64,000 nucleotides of DNA from Flectonema sp. DT1601. Lineage: Eukaryota. The stretch is from positions 372,001 through 436,000 of the forward strand of contig OZ025798.1 in assembly GCA_964019425.1 (NCBI GenBank). Direction: 5' to 3'. The notes under the pieces are model-generated. The model did no database searches. It had not been told where the DNA came from and saw only the letters and a list, made by a program, of their open reading frames with translations. The position numbers were made by a program, and so were the translations under genes. Of the stretch, positions 1 through 11,064 are shown in pieces (positions within the stretch are counted from its first letter, which is position 1; each line of letters opens with the position of its first letter).

Positions 1-487
1 TTGATAGCAGACAGTACTACATGTTATCAACATAATAAGAATGACTCATTTTGAACTGTTTCTTCTCCGGCTTAGTTGGTGTAAGAAAAATGAATAAAAA
101 GAAATACTATTGTGCTTTCGGTAACCACAGACAGAATTAAACCGACGAATAGGAGGAACCATGACATCGAACAGTACAGAATACACTAACTATTCCACAA
201 TAAATATTAGGACACGTTGGCTTTGGACTAAAATTAAGGAAATTTTCTTCCTTACGGTTATCATTGTGGAAGATGAAAACTCGTTGTACCTATAACTTCC
301 ATTACAAATGATGGTAATAATGTCCTCTGGTAACTTTGAAGAAGAGAGAGAGGGAGAGAGAGGGAGATAGGATATAATATTCTTTTTCGTTTTGTTGAAG
401 TCAGGGAAGGCAAAACCCCCATGGAAGCCCACGGGGCTCCAGTAATTCGGTACCACAATGAGACTCTCACAGGCGAGAATAGGATTT

Positions 488-594
488 AAATGTCCATCAG
501 AGCTCGCCAGGATGGTCAATGTAAGGAAGTCGTCTATGTACCGGCAAGAGTAGTCGAACAGAAGACGTTCAACGACCCTGGTGTTCCACTCCAT
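488..594 (-). mobile_element. Possible relic of a Penelope-like reverse transcriptase (RYIDD motif)
   Basis: Translation VERLLFDYSCRYIDDFLTL resembles the F-x-Y-x-x-RYIDD-x-L context of Penelope-type RTs. About 24 bp (aatgtccatcRgagctcgccagga) recur at ~59396-59419. Very short, with no other RT motifs. Confidence 0.3.
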
Positions 595-896
595 TCCGCT
601 TTGCCATTTTCAACAGCACTCATAACTTAAAGCTTTTGATAGAACTGTTGAGTTTTGCTTCGAGTTGCGAGCGGGAAGAGACAAGCTGGTCGCGGGGCCC
701 GAGATGCCTTGTATATCAGAGAAGTTTAATCTGAAGTGCCACAGATGTTTACAACTATTAGATCCTGAATTTCAAAAAATGGGAAACTACTGCCGTGGTG
801 CGGGAGGTTATCTTAACACGATAAGTAACCTCTACATCTAATTAGGCTTACAGCTGGTATTGTCTCACAATACGAAGCATTTTTTAAAAGATTCCG

Positions 897-1934
897 TCAC
901 GTACGAAACGATGGTGCTGGTGGGTTTCCTCGAAATTTCAAATCTTCGAATTCCGCCTGTAGCATATCAAATCTTTCCGTAAGCTCACGAATACGAGATG
1001 CCGAATCACTATTTTCACAAAGTTCAGTGTCCGGGATAAGCTTTTCGTTGCCTTTCTCAAAGAGATCATTCTTAGATTTTTCAGCCTTGCCGTAGGCTGC
1101 AATGGCTGTGTCTATAAAAGAGAATATGCAGGCGCCTGTGAAAACACCAATCCAACCGAATATGGATCCCAACAAGTCAAGCAATGACTGCCCAGGCTTG
1201 TGTTTAATTTTCGTAATATCGAAAGAAGCTGGCAAGACGTTAATTATAATCTCGTTTTTCTGATAGTCGCGGAATTGAGTGGTTGCGAATTCAGTTGAAT
1301 TCTTAATTGTGCCATTGAGGTATTGTTGTTGTGATAATTTGTATGAAATTGAAGCAACGTTTCCAAACCCGATGTAAACAGGAGCTGGCCTGTCTAGTTC
1401 ATTAATGGTTTCACCGTAAGCTATCGCATTCATGATTACATCATCACCCAACAGTGCAATCCACGTAGACGACTCACTCGAATAGAAATCACACGCGTCT
1501 GGAATCGACGAATTTGAGTTTACTAATTCCCCCGTGAATCTATATCTAACGCTAAAAGATACTCTCAGATAGTCATAAGGGTTTGTGAAACTAATACCTA
1601 ATTCTCTCATTGACAAACTATTAACGAGGTATGAGTTTTCTCCTACTGGTGTTTGAATAGCAGTTGAGCAATTTACTAATTCATTTGCTGTCCACTTCTG
1701 AAAAACACAATTCTCGAATTGAAGAGTACATTTATTTCCAAGTGGGATAGGAGTATATATCCAAGGCACACTGATATCGTTTTCACGCTCTGTCTCTATA
1801 TCGATTGTATTCTTACTACCAGTTTCGACATAGTCAACACTCAGCTTCACAACAAAGAAAGCACAAATCCCCCACAACAACAACAAAACTAACATTCGAA
1901 CTATCTGAAGTATTCGCATCTTATCACACGGCAT
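897..1934 (-). CDS. Compact DEG/ENaC/ASIC-like two-TM channel subunit, subfamily A, copy 1 (345 aa)
   Basis: TM1 near the N-terminus, a Cys-containing ectodomain of ~220 aa, TM2 LLGSIFGWIGVFTGACIFSFID (compare ASIC LLGDIGGQMGLFIGASILT) and a C-terminal coiled coil. Start set at MPCDK because the 12 upstream codons span a ccttcAG acceptor (putative 5'UTR intron 1949-2006, GTACGT...ctaac...cAG) and the paralogs start at the same place. Confidence 0.75.
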   Translation of the reverse strand: MPCDKMRILQIVRMLVLLLLWGICAFFVVKLSVDYVETGSKNTIDIETERENDISVPWIYTPIPLGNKCTLQFENCVFQKWTANELVNCSTAIQTPVGENSYLVNSLSMRELGISFTNPYDYLRVSFSVRYRFTGELVNSNSSIPDACDFYSSESSTWIALLGDDVIMNAIAYGETINELDRPAPVYIGFGNVASISYKLSQQQYLNGTIKNSTEFATTQFRDYQKNEIIINVLPASFDITKIKHKPGQSLLDLLGSIFGWIGVFTGACIFSFIDTAIAAYGKAEKSKNDLFEKGNEKLIPDTELCENSDSASRIRELTERFDMLQAEFEDLKFRGNPPAPSFRT

Positions 1935-2047
1935 ATTGAAGTGATAACCTGAAGGAAGAGAATAATTCATAGCAACGATTACAAAGTTAGATTAGGGAAC
2001 ACGTACTCCAAAAGAAGATATGATCCTATCCTCTAGTTACCTTGAAC

Positions 2048-2330
2048 CATATAATCCACAATATCAACAACGATGTCATTCGAAATATCTTCAATTTCTT
2101 CCTCCCGATTGCCATTTTGAAAGGAGGGAATGTAGGGTAAATAAATATTAACATCAGATTTTTTCTTTTCTTTTTTCCCCTTGAAAGTCCACCAAATGAA
2201 TCCTAAATGAGTCGAATATTAACTCGTGATTGCCGACAACCTTCTCCTGATGAAAGTATTTGGAAAACATTTCTTCTCTACGAGTGAAACTAAAATGTTT
2301 AGATTTCAGGAAGCTACACAACTTCAGATT
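2048..2330 (-). pseudogene. 5' fragment of a subfamily-B channel gene (MAIGRKKLKIFRMTSLLILWII) plus its upstream region
   Basis: Close match to 7548-7862. The coding part (2048-2115) breaks off inside TM1. Confidence 0.8.
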
Positions 2331-2810
2331 CCACGAAGAAGTCAGACCTTTTAAATATCAGTCGGATTGTAAACATTTGAGATCAGACATCCTTACACTT
2401 TTAATTAAAAAGGAAGAAACAGTTGAATAAATGATTAAATATTTAACAAGACGTTGTTGAGGAACCACACGACGAGTTGATTCTCAGTTGTGAAGAATTT
2501 GTGTAGATATTGACGACGTACTCATCAATTATTATCTGAGGGAAATAGAACTGAACATAGATTGTAGTCTCTGGACATTTCGATAGCAAGTGGAGAGAAT
2601 CCTATCCGCATTTCCTCCTCGCGAGATTGTTCCAGATGAAAACGTTAAGTCCACCCATAGTCGACAATCGATAACTCCGTTTGAGGAAGCTTTTTGCCGA
2701 AAGAGGAATGACGCTATGCTGAGGACAGTCACAATAGTGGTCTGAAGACTACCTGACCCAGTCCTGTGCTGATCAGTTAGAATATGAGTTTGTCCAGAAC
2801 TGATGACTAT

Positions 2811-3612
2811 GGGTGATAGTTCGACAACATAGAAACAGTAATTAACTTTATAATACTAAAATAAGTAATAAAGTTAAACTGAAAAAAAAAAAAAAATAAC
2901 AGAAGATTTAAACTCCATTTTAAAACAGCAGCTAAAAAGCTTAGAAAATATATTACACTCGTACATGACTAAATTAATATTAGTACAAGTAGGGGGTCAT
3001 CAGTGTAGGGTCTCCATTGTAGGATGAAGCAGAAAGAGAGAATGATAAACATAGTAGTCAGTTAGAATATGAGTTTTTCCAAACTGATGACTGGGGGTCA
3101 TCAGTGTAGGACACAATCACGGAGATTGTTTTTATAGCTTCGGTTGGAAGGATCAATTGTCAACTGTCCACCATTTACCCGGAGAATAACAAGTTGAAAC
3201 AACGAAAGAAAAGAACGAAATGATAGAAACGTCTGATTCTAATAAACACGACGGGAAAAGATAAGCAATGAATTGAAGAGAATATTCAGTTCAGTTAAGT
3301 TTTCTGAAAAAAGAGGTAATCGAAAAATAGAAAAAGAAAAAAGAATCGGTAACTTAACCGAATAATTCTCACTCTATTTCTGCTTGCATGCAATTACTAC
3401 ACAAGTCTATAAATGAGTGTGTCTTTGATGAAAAAGAATTTTTTCGTTGACGCAGACAGAATCACGGGGGTGATAGTTCGACAACATAGAAACAGTAATT
3501 AACTTTATAATACTAAAATAAGTAATAAAGTTAAACTGAAAAAAAAAAAAAAATAACAGAAAATTTAAACTTCATTTTAGAGAAGTCAGCTAAAAAGCTA
3601 GAAAAATATATT
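2811..3612. repeat. ~145-bp direct repeat pair (2811-~2955 and 3468-~3612)
   Basis: gggtgatagttcgacaacatagaaacagtaattaactttataatac... is present twice. Confidence 0.85.
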
Positions 3613-3730
3613 CCGAATCTGGTAGTTCGTGGCCCCCCACGCACTACAAGTTGAGCGCACCATGCCTTTCAGTCAGTCACAACAGATGTGAATTTCTTTT
3701 CCTTTTATGTATTCGGCTATCATGTTTTTA

Positions 3731-4270
3731 TCGCACGAGGGGATAAACAAAATCATAACTTTTAGAAATAACGGCTTTCAGTCAAATTACTTCTCCCGAC
3801 TGCGTCGGTACAAACAAAAAAAAGAAATCGACACCTGCTGGCAGTCGCTACTCAACACTCCAGATTAGGGAATACGCGCGAAGACGATATTATCTTATTC
3901 CTGAAGCACTTGTGCTGCAGTAATGATGTCCTGGTAACCTTGAAGAATAACTGGGTAGAGGAAGACGGGATATAAAAGGTTTATTTTTTCAAACTCCCTA
4001 ATTTCACAATTTTTTCTTTCGGAAAATCGCTAGTCCATCACAAAAGAAATATACCCAATCTCCCTCTTTTTCAGTCAAGTTCCAATACCGGAAATAAAAC
4101 TATTAGTCAACGCAGAGAATAACTATTATCGTCAGCCACATAAAAGTGACCAACACAGCTGATGACTCACACCCTGTTTGCTGTTGAGTGAAATATAACA
4201 AAAAAAAGAACACTTTCGGTCTCAACTATATTTCATTTTCCATGCAAAAGTGCGGTTGCATAATAAAACT
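3731..4270. repeat. Intergenic segment duplicated at ~10173-10715 (downstream flank of channel copies 2 and 4)
   Basis: tcgcacgagggataaacaaaatcataac... through ...ggttgcataataaa is shared by both loci. Internal ~60-bp duplication at 4096-4154 / 4264-4324. Confidence 0.8.
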
Positions 4271-4755
4271 ATTAGTCAACACAGAGAATAACTATTATCG
4301 TCAGCCACATAAAAGTGACCAACATGCTTAAGAAGACGTACCTCAATGATTGTACCCTGACAGGTCACTAACAGGAAACAAGATTTATTAAATAAAGATT
4401 AAAAATCATAAAAAACAAATAAAAAGGAAGCTACTAGATAAAAACGAAAAGTGAGAATAATAATTAAAAAAAAACACTTTCGATTTGATCATTGTATTTC
4501 CTTTTCTATAAAGAGAGTACAGTTGCAAAAAAAAAAGAAGAAGAAAAAAAATGAATCAAAAGCATGACATTATAATTAATAAAAATTTATCTTCACTAAA
4601 CAGAGCACATTACTTACTAAAACTTGATTGATATCAATTACAGTTATCATTTCACAAGATGTGAATACCTTTTCTATCAATATCATGCATGAAGGAATCT
4701 CCATCAGTCCAAGTCAAAGGACTTTCGTTTATAGAAAACTCGAAGAAAATATTAC

Positions 4756-5811
4756 TCACGGGGCTTTAAAAGTTTCTAATGTCGGTGTCGGTGCCGTAAA
4801 CGATGGCGGTGGTGTGTTTCCTCGAAATTTCAAATTTTCAACTTCCGCCCGTAGCATTCTAATTTCTTCCATGACTTCACGAGTTGAAGATGCTGAATTA
4901 TTTTTCTCTTGAAGTTCGGCGTCTGGTCCTTCCCCAATGAAATCATCTTTAGATATTTTAGCCTTGCTGTAGGCAGTTATAGCAGTGTCTATAAAAGAGA
5001 ATATGCAGGTACCTGTGAAAATACCAATCCAACCGAATATAGATCCCAACAAGTCAAGCAATGACTGCCCAGGCTTGTGTTTAATTTTCGTAATATCGAA
5101 AGAAGCTGGCTGGACATGAACTACAATTGTGTTTTTTGCAACGTCACTGAACTGAGTGGTTGTGAATTCGGTTGAATTCTTAATTGTGCCATTGATGTAT
5201 TGTTGTTGTGATAATTTGTATGAAATTGAAGCAACGTTTCCAAATCCGATGTAAACAGGAGCTGGCCTGTCTCGTTCATTAAGAGTTTTACCCTGAGCTA
5301 TCGCTTTTATGACCACATCATCACCCAACAGTGAAATCCACGTTGAAGATTCACTTGCATAGAAACCACACTCGGTCGGTAACGATGAGGTGGGATCTAC
5401 TAATCTCCGTGTGTCTCGATACCTAGCGGTAAAAACCATTCTTAGGTAATCCAAAGGGTTTGTGAAACCAATACCTAACTCTCTTAGTAAAACACTATTA
5501 ACAATGTACGGTTCTTTTCCTTCTGGTGTCGTAACCGCTGTTGTACAGTTTGTACCACGTTCCATCCCACCCTTCTGGAAAAGACATTCCTCCAATTGAA
5601 GAGCACACCTATCTCCTAACACAGTTGGAGCATATAACCAAGGTACACTAAGATCCTCTATTAGTTCTGTTTCTATATCGATTGTATTCTTTCTACCAGT
5701 TTCGACATAGTCAACACTCAGACTGACTATAAAGAAAGCACAAATCCCCCACAAAATCAACAAAATCAACAACCTCACAAACCGAAGCTTTTTTATCTTA
5801 TCACACGACAT
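4756..5811 (-). CDS. Compact DEG/ENaC-like channel subunit, subfamily A, copy 2 (351 aa)
   Basis: Paralog of 897-1934; TM2 LLGSIFGWIGIFTGTCIFSFID. Confidence 0.78.
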   Translation of the reverse strand: MSCDKIKKLRFVRLLILLILWGICAFFIVSLSVDYVETGRKNTIDIETELIEDLSVPWLYAPTVLGDRCALQLEECLFQKGGMERGTNCTTAVTTPEGKEPYIVNSVLLRELGIGFTNPLDYLRMVFTARYRDTRRLVDPTSSLPTECGFYASESSTWISLLGDDVVIKAIAQGKTLNERDRPAPVYIGFGNVASISYKLSQQQYINGTIKNSTEFTTTQFSDVAKNTIVVHVQPASFDITKIKHKPGQSLLDLLGSIFGWIGIFTGTCIFSFIDTAITAYSKAKISKDDFIGEGPDAELQEKNNSASSTREVMEEIRMLRAEVENLKFRGNTPPPSFTAPTPTLETFKAP

Positions 5812-6574
5812 ATTGAAGTGATACCCTGAAGGAATAGAATAATAAACAATTCATAGCAACAGCTATCATCAATAATAAAGTTAGATTAGGGAACACGTAC
5901 TTCAGAAGAAGATATGCCTTATCTTCTGGTTACCTTGAACCCAATAGTTAAGTTGAGGGAGATAGGACATGATTGGTAATTGAAATCAAAAAACACAATA
6001 CGAAATGACCAGAATTCAATCACCAAGAAGGAAGGAATTCTAACCATCTGAAGCTTAAGAGAAAAAAAAGTACTCCACAATAAGATATGATCTTATTCTT
6101 TGAGCACAGAAGGGAAAGTTAAGCCTCATTTCAGGAGCCAAGTGATCTACTATACTCGTACATTAAAAATAATGTCAGTATTAGTATCTAGAAATCGTTG
6201 TCGAATCCGGTTATTGGCTCCGCACTTTGCTGAGCGCATTAACAGGAATATGAGAGGGGAGTAAAAAATAATAAAAAATTTTCTTCAGTTTACTCAAATC
6301 TACAGTCAATTCAATCGCTCGGCTCCCTTTTCTCAGAAACGGAATAATAAAATTGACGACGAGCAACATAGCTCCGAGAGTAAACTAAAAGAAGACGGAA
6401 TACCGCGTACTACCCACAAGAGAAAATAGTACTCGGGGGAACACAAAGTGACCCGCTGCACAGGATCGTGTTTACAGATGAAATCCATGAACTCGTCATA
6501 TTAAGTTTAGAGGTATACTCTGTTATGTCTGACGTATCTAAGAATGTACAACTCATCATCAAGTGAATTGTGAT

Positions 6575-7615
6575 TTAAATTCGAGTACCTCGTCCTCTAC
6601 TGCTATATGTTGGAATGTTCCCCCGGGATCGAAGGTTTTCTATTTCTGCTCGCATTTCCCTCATCTCTTCTTGCATTTCACTTATTTCCGTGTCTGCGCT
6701 GGAGTTCAAAGATTTCTCCTTTTCCGGACTGTCGAATTCTTCTACTTTGTCATAAGCGACAGCTGCATCATTAAGCAATGAGTATACGCAAGCACCTGTA
6801 AGGGCACCAACCCATCCAAATACAGAACCCAACAAGTCAATTACGGACTGACCTTCTTTGTGATTAATCCTGGGCACCTCAAATGATTGTGCAAGAAGAC
6901 GAATTTCTAAGCTGTTGGCTGTTCGGGTTGGAAACTGAGTGGTAGAAAATTCAGAATTGTTCCGAACGGTGCCGTTGATAAATTTGTGTTGACTGAGTTT
7001 GTATGAGATTGCGGCAACGTTACCGAATCCGATGTAGATCGGGGAAGGAATGTCTCTTTCATTTACTGTGTTACCCAACACTATGTTGGTCAAGATTGTA
7101 TCATCGCCCAAACAAGACACCCAGGTAGATGGTTCTCTCATAAGGAATTCACACTCCTCAGGTATATTTGTATTCGGGTTTACAAGAGACCTATTACTGA
7201 TATACTTCAGTGAGAATGTTATGTTTAAATAATCTAAAGGGTTGCTGTAACCAATTCCTAACTTTCGAAACGTAGAACTGTTTACAATGTGACCACGTAG
7301 AGATTTTGTTATATTTACATTCTCAACAGCGCTATCGCAGTTGAGTACCTTCTGAGCGTCAACTTCTCCTGAGTTCACTTTGACAAAATAACAGCTGTTC
7401 GCTTCTAAGAAACATTTTTTTCCAATTTCTGATGGGGAGAACATCCATGGTACTTCTAAATTGCGTGCTTGGTAGGTTTCAATGCTGACTGTGTTTTTCC
7501 TTCCAGTGTTCACATAGTCAGTAGTTAGTCTTACAATGAAGAATCCACATATAATCCACAATATCAACAACGATGTCACTCGAAATATCTTCAATTTCTT
7601 CCTCCCGATTGCCAT
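6575..7615 (-). CDS. Compact DEG/ENaC-like channel subunit, subfamily B, copy 3 (346 aa)
   Basis: TM2 LLGSVFGWVGALTGACVYSLLN; shares PIYIGFGNVA and LGDD motifs with subfamily A. First ATG (MAIGRKK) is at 7615; the ORF-track start is a TTG. Confidence 0.78.
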   Translation of the reverse strand: MAIGRKKLKIFRVTSLLILWIICGFFIVRLTTDYVNTGRKNTVSIETYQARNLEVPWMFSPSEIGKKCFLEANSCYFVKVNSGEVDAQKVLNCDSAVENVNITKSLRGHIVNSSTFRKLGIGYSNPLDYLNITFSLKYISNRSLVNPNTNIPEECEFLMREPSTWVSCLGDDTILTNIVLGNTVNERDIPSPIYIGFGNVAAISYKLSQHKFINGTVRNNSEFSTTQFPTRTANSLEIRLLAQSFEVPRINHKEGQSVIDLLGSVFGWVGALTGACVYSLLNDAAVAYDKVEEFDSPEKEKSLNSSADTEISEMQEEMREMRAEIENLRSRGNIPTYSSRGRGTRI

Positions 7616-8979
7616 TTTCAAAGGAGGGAGTGTAATGTACTGTTGAATGGTAAATAAATATTCTTTTCTTTTTGATAAGCCTTTTCATAAGAATTCTTTT
7701 CTTTTTTCCCCTTGAAAGTCCACCAAATGAATCCTAAATGAGTCGAATATTAACTCGTGATTGCCGACAACCTTCTCCTGATGAAAGTATTTGGAAAACA
7801 TTTCTTCTCTACGAGTGAAACTAAAATGTTTAGATTTCAGGAAGCTACACAACTTCAGATTTCCATTTTCATCCCACCGTGGTCCGTTGGTCCGAATGAA
7901 AACGTTGAGCCCACCCATAGTCGACACAGGAACGCACATGTAACGTCGATGATAAGTATCCTCCTCACTTCAAGGAAACTTCATCAGGATGTCGTCTGAA
8001 GAACGCTGAAAACGTTCGTAAGATAAAGTCAGGACCTTGTGCCATTGTCAGGACCATGTGTAATTTGAATGGGAGTATTCATTTCATTTTTTCGCCAAGG
8101 GAAGGAGAAATTAGTTAATATTAATAGTTTATCAGTCAAAAGAAGGGAAGAGGGCGGGAAAATTAAATCAAAATTAGTTAGTTATTTAATCCAACCGAGT
8201 ATTATAAATGCTCTAGGAGGGTAACCCACTGTAGTTGTTAAAGACTCAGTATGGGTAGTGGAATTACTGAAGGGACGAAAAAATTTAATTTATAGAAAAA
8301 TCAGAAGAAGGCAAACTTCAGCTTTCCACCCTGCTAAGCTTAACAAACAATAACGTCAATTGGACTAAAGAAATAAAGAAAAAAAAAGAAAATGAACGAA
8401 AAAATTGAATCGAAATATATTAAACCAAAAAGTAGATAAAACAAATAAACAAATAAATGTACACCTGCTAAATTATGAAGCAGAAAAGAAAGCAAGAGTA
8501 AAAGAATAATTAACACAGTCGGTTAGAATATGAGTTTTCCATCAGGGATTGTGTTTTTATAAGAGTTTTCGGTTGGAAGGATCAATTGTCAACTGTCCAC
8601 CATTTACCCGGAGAATATCAAGTTGAAACAACGAAAGAAAAGAAAGAAATGATAGAAACATCTGATTCTACAAACGCCACGGAAAAGATAAGCAAAACTT
8701 CACTGCGCGTAGACCACATAACTGATAAAAAAAAAAAAAAAAAAAGGTATATCCATCGTTGCCTTCCCAATTATTTATGCAATTCACTATATGCGGGTTG
8801 TCACGTTTCCCTTTCGTTAGTGGTGGGATGTGCTATGTTTTATATTCTATAACGTGGTTCGCCGTCTTTTGAATATATACAGTTATTGACAAAGGACTGC
8901 CTTGTTTCTTTCTATGGTTAAGATTTCAAGACAACATAAATATTAATTAATTACTCATGTTACGGTAACATAGGCAAGT

Positions 8980-9161
8980 GTTAGTTAGTTAGCTAGCCCG
9001 ACATACCATCGAGTACCGGTTAGATAGACACAACAGGGTGGAACGGTTAACCACCTGTGAGTCCCCAATACTACGACTTTATGTCGAACCTGATCCCTGA
9101 GAGGATCACTTTTTTAGCGTAAGCGAGGAAATCTAATGTTCGAGAGACACTGATACCTCAA
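8980..9161 (-). repeat. Dispersed structured repeat with (CTAA)n 3' tail, copy 1 (SINE/LINE-3'-end-like)
   Basis: Close match to 58632-58825 and a diverged match to 12469-12640. Nested stems; minus strand chosen because several + strand A/C mismatches become G-U pairs. Confidence 0.7.
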
Positions 9162-11064
9162 GTGGCGTTACGATGTTCACGTGGCATTATTTATTTATTT
9201 GCAGTCATTTACTACGTGCCACTGTTCCTTGATTCCTTGATCTTTATAATATTATAAAATTTAAAAAAAAAAAAAAAAAAAAAAGATTCAACAAAAATGA
9301 AAAATCATAGTGACTCTGTCTTGTCGGTAATCGTAGACAGAATAAACTGACCAACAGAGGGAGGAAAATGAGGGTTCACTGCTGTTGCTACATCGAATGG
9401 TAAAAGAGAATACACCAGTTTTCAGATATCAAATAAATTTAATAAGAATTGTGGGACACTAAACAAAGTAGTAGTTTGATTCAGACTAAATTTAAAAAGC
9501 TTTCTTGCTACTGGATTATTATCAAAGTTGAATATTAAAATCCTTGTACCCAAGATCTCCTTTATAAATAGTGGGAGAGAGGGATTCAAAAAATCTTTTT
9601 TTTTTCAGTGAGAAACAAGGCGATGATCGAAAGATTACAAAAGCAAAGAGTATTGAAATTTGAGAGTATTATCTCTTACCTCTACTCTCTCATCGTCAGT
9701 TATGGTGTAGAAGTCAGTCAGTCAATTATTTTGACTGAATCACCCCCCCAGTTAGTAATTCTGGAGTGTTGTAATAAAAGCTTTTTATCACCATTACTAA
9801 AATGTAGAAAGCAGAAAGAGCATGAGAAGTGGTTGCAAAGGTTTTTGAGTTCAACCTCTTTATAATTTTTGATTGCAGGTAGTCATCTATTTCTCTTCTG
9901 ATGTTATCTTTTGTAATATATCAATTTCTTCTCCCTTGTTCCTCTTGTCCTGTTTCAGATTTTTATTGAATTGAATTACTTGTATTGGACTTTGAGAATT
10001 TAGTTTTTTCTTTCTATCTCTCTCTTGGCGTTTCTTTTATAAACGCGTTCTTGACGTGAAACGTTTTGTGTTTACCAACTTTGCATTTAGAATATAAAAA
10101 AAGTAAAGATAATATAACACAGTTGTACATAACTAAAAATAATGTTAGTATAAGTATCCAAAAAATCGTTGTCGCACGAGGGGATAAACAAAATCATAAC
10201 TTTTAGAAAATAACGGCTTTTCAATCTGAATAGTTCCTTCTCTCAACTACGTTGGTACAAAAAAAAAAAAAAAAAAAAAGTAGTCTGACAACAACACGAC
10301 ATCTGGCGGTCGCTACTCAATACGCGCTTACACCGGAAGAAGATATTATCTCATTCCTGGAGTACTTGTGCTGCAGTAATGATGTCCTGGTAACCTTGAA
10401 GAATAACTGGGTAGAGGAAGACAGGATATGGTTTTGAAAAAAAAAAACAATCTTTTCTTTCGAAAAATCGCTAGTTCATCACAAAAAGAAATATACCCAA
10501 TCTCCCTTTTTTTTTCAGTCAAGTTCCAATACCGGAAATAAAACTATTAGTCAACGCAGAGAATAACTATTATCGTCAGCCACATAAAAGTGACCAACAC
10601 AGCTGATGACTCACACACTGTTTGCTGTTGAGTGAAATGTAACAAAAAAAAGAACACTTTCGGTCTCAACTATATTTCATTTTCCATACAAAAGTGTGGT
10701 TGCATAATAAACTATTCAGAGTAGCCTTATAATTCATCGAACGTAGAACAAAATCGCACGGAGTGCATTTTTTACGGGGAAAATAAACCATAACCACAGA
10801 AATAAAGGCTTTCAATCTAAATAGTTTCTGCAACTATTACTGGTACAAAAAGAAAAAAAATAAATAATTAAAAAAAACGTTTTTATTAATAAAAATTTAT
10901 CTTCACTAAACAGAGCACATTACAACTTACTAAAACTTGATTGATATCAATTACAGTTATCATTTCACAAGATGTGAATACCTTTTCCACCACTCTCATG
11001 AAGGTATCTCCATCAGTCCAAGTCAAAGGACTTTCGTTTATAGAAAACTCGAAGAAAATATTAC

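Noticed and set aside
3083..3105. ctgatga as a hammerhead ribozyme core
   Set aside because: It is one arm of a simple hairpin (actgatgac-tgggg-gtcatcagt), with no GAAA core or three-stem junction.
8980..9161. Structured repeat as an HDV-like, twister or pistol ribozyme
   Set aside because: I could not fit the required P1/P1.1 or conserved catalytic-core nucleotides by eye; left as an unclassified structure.
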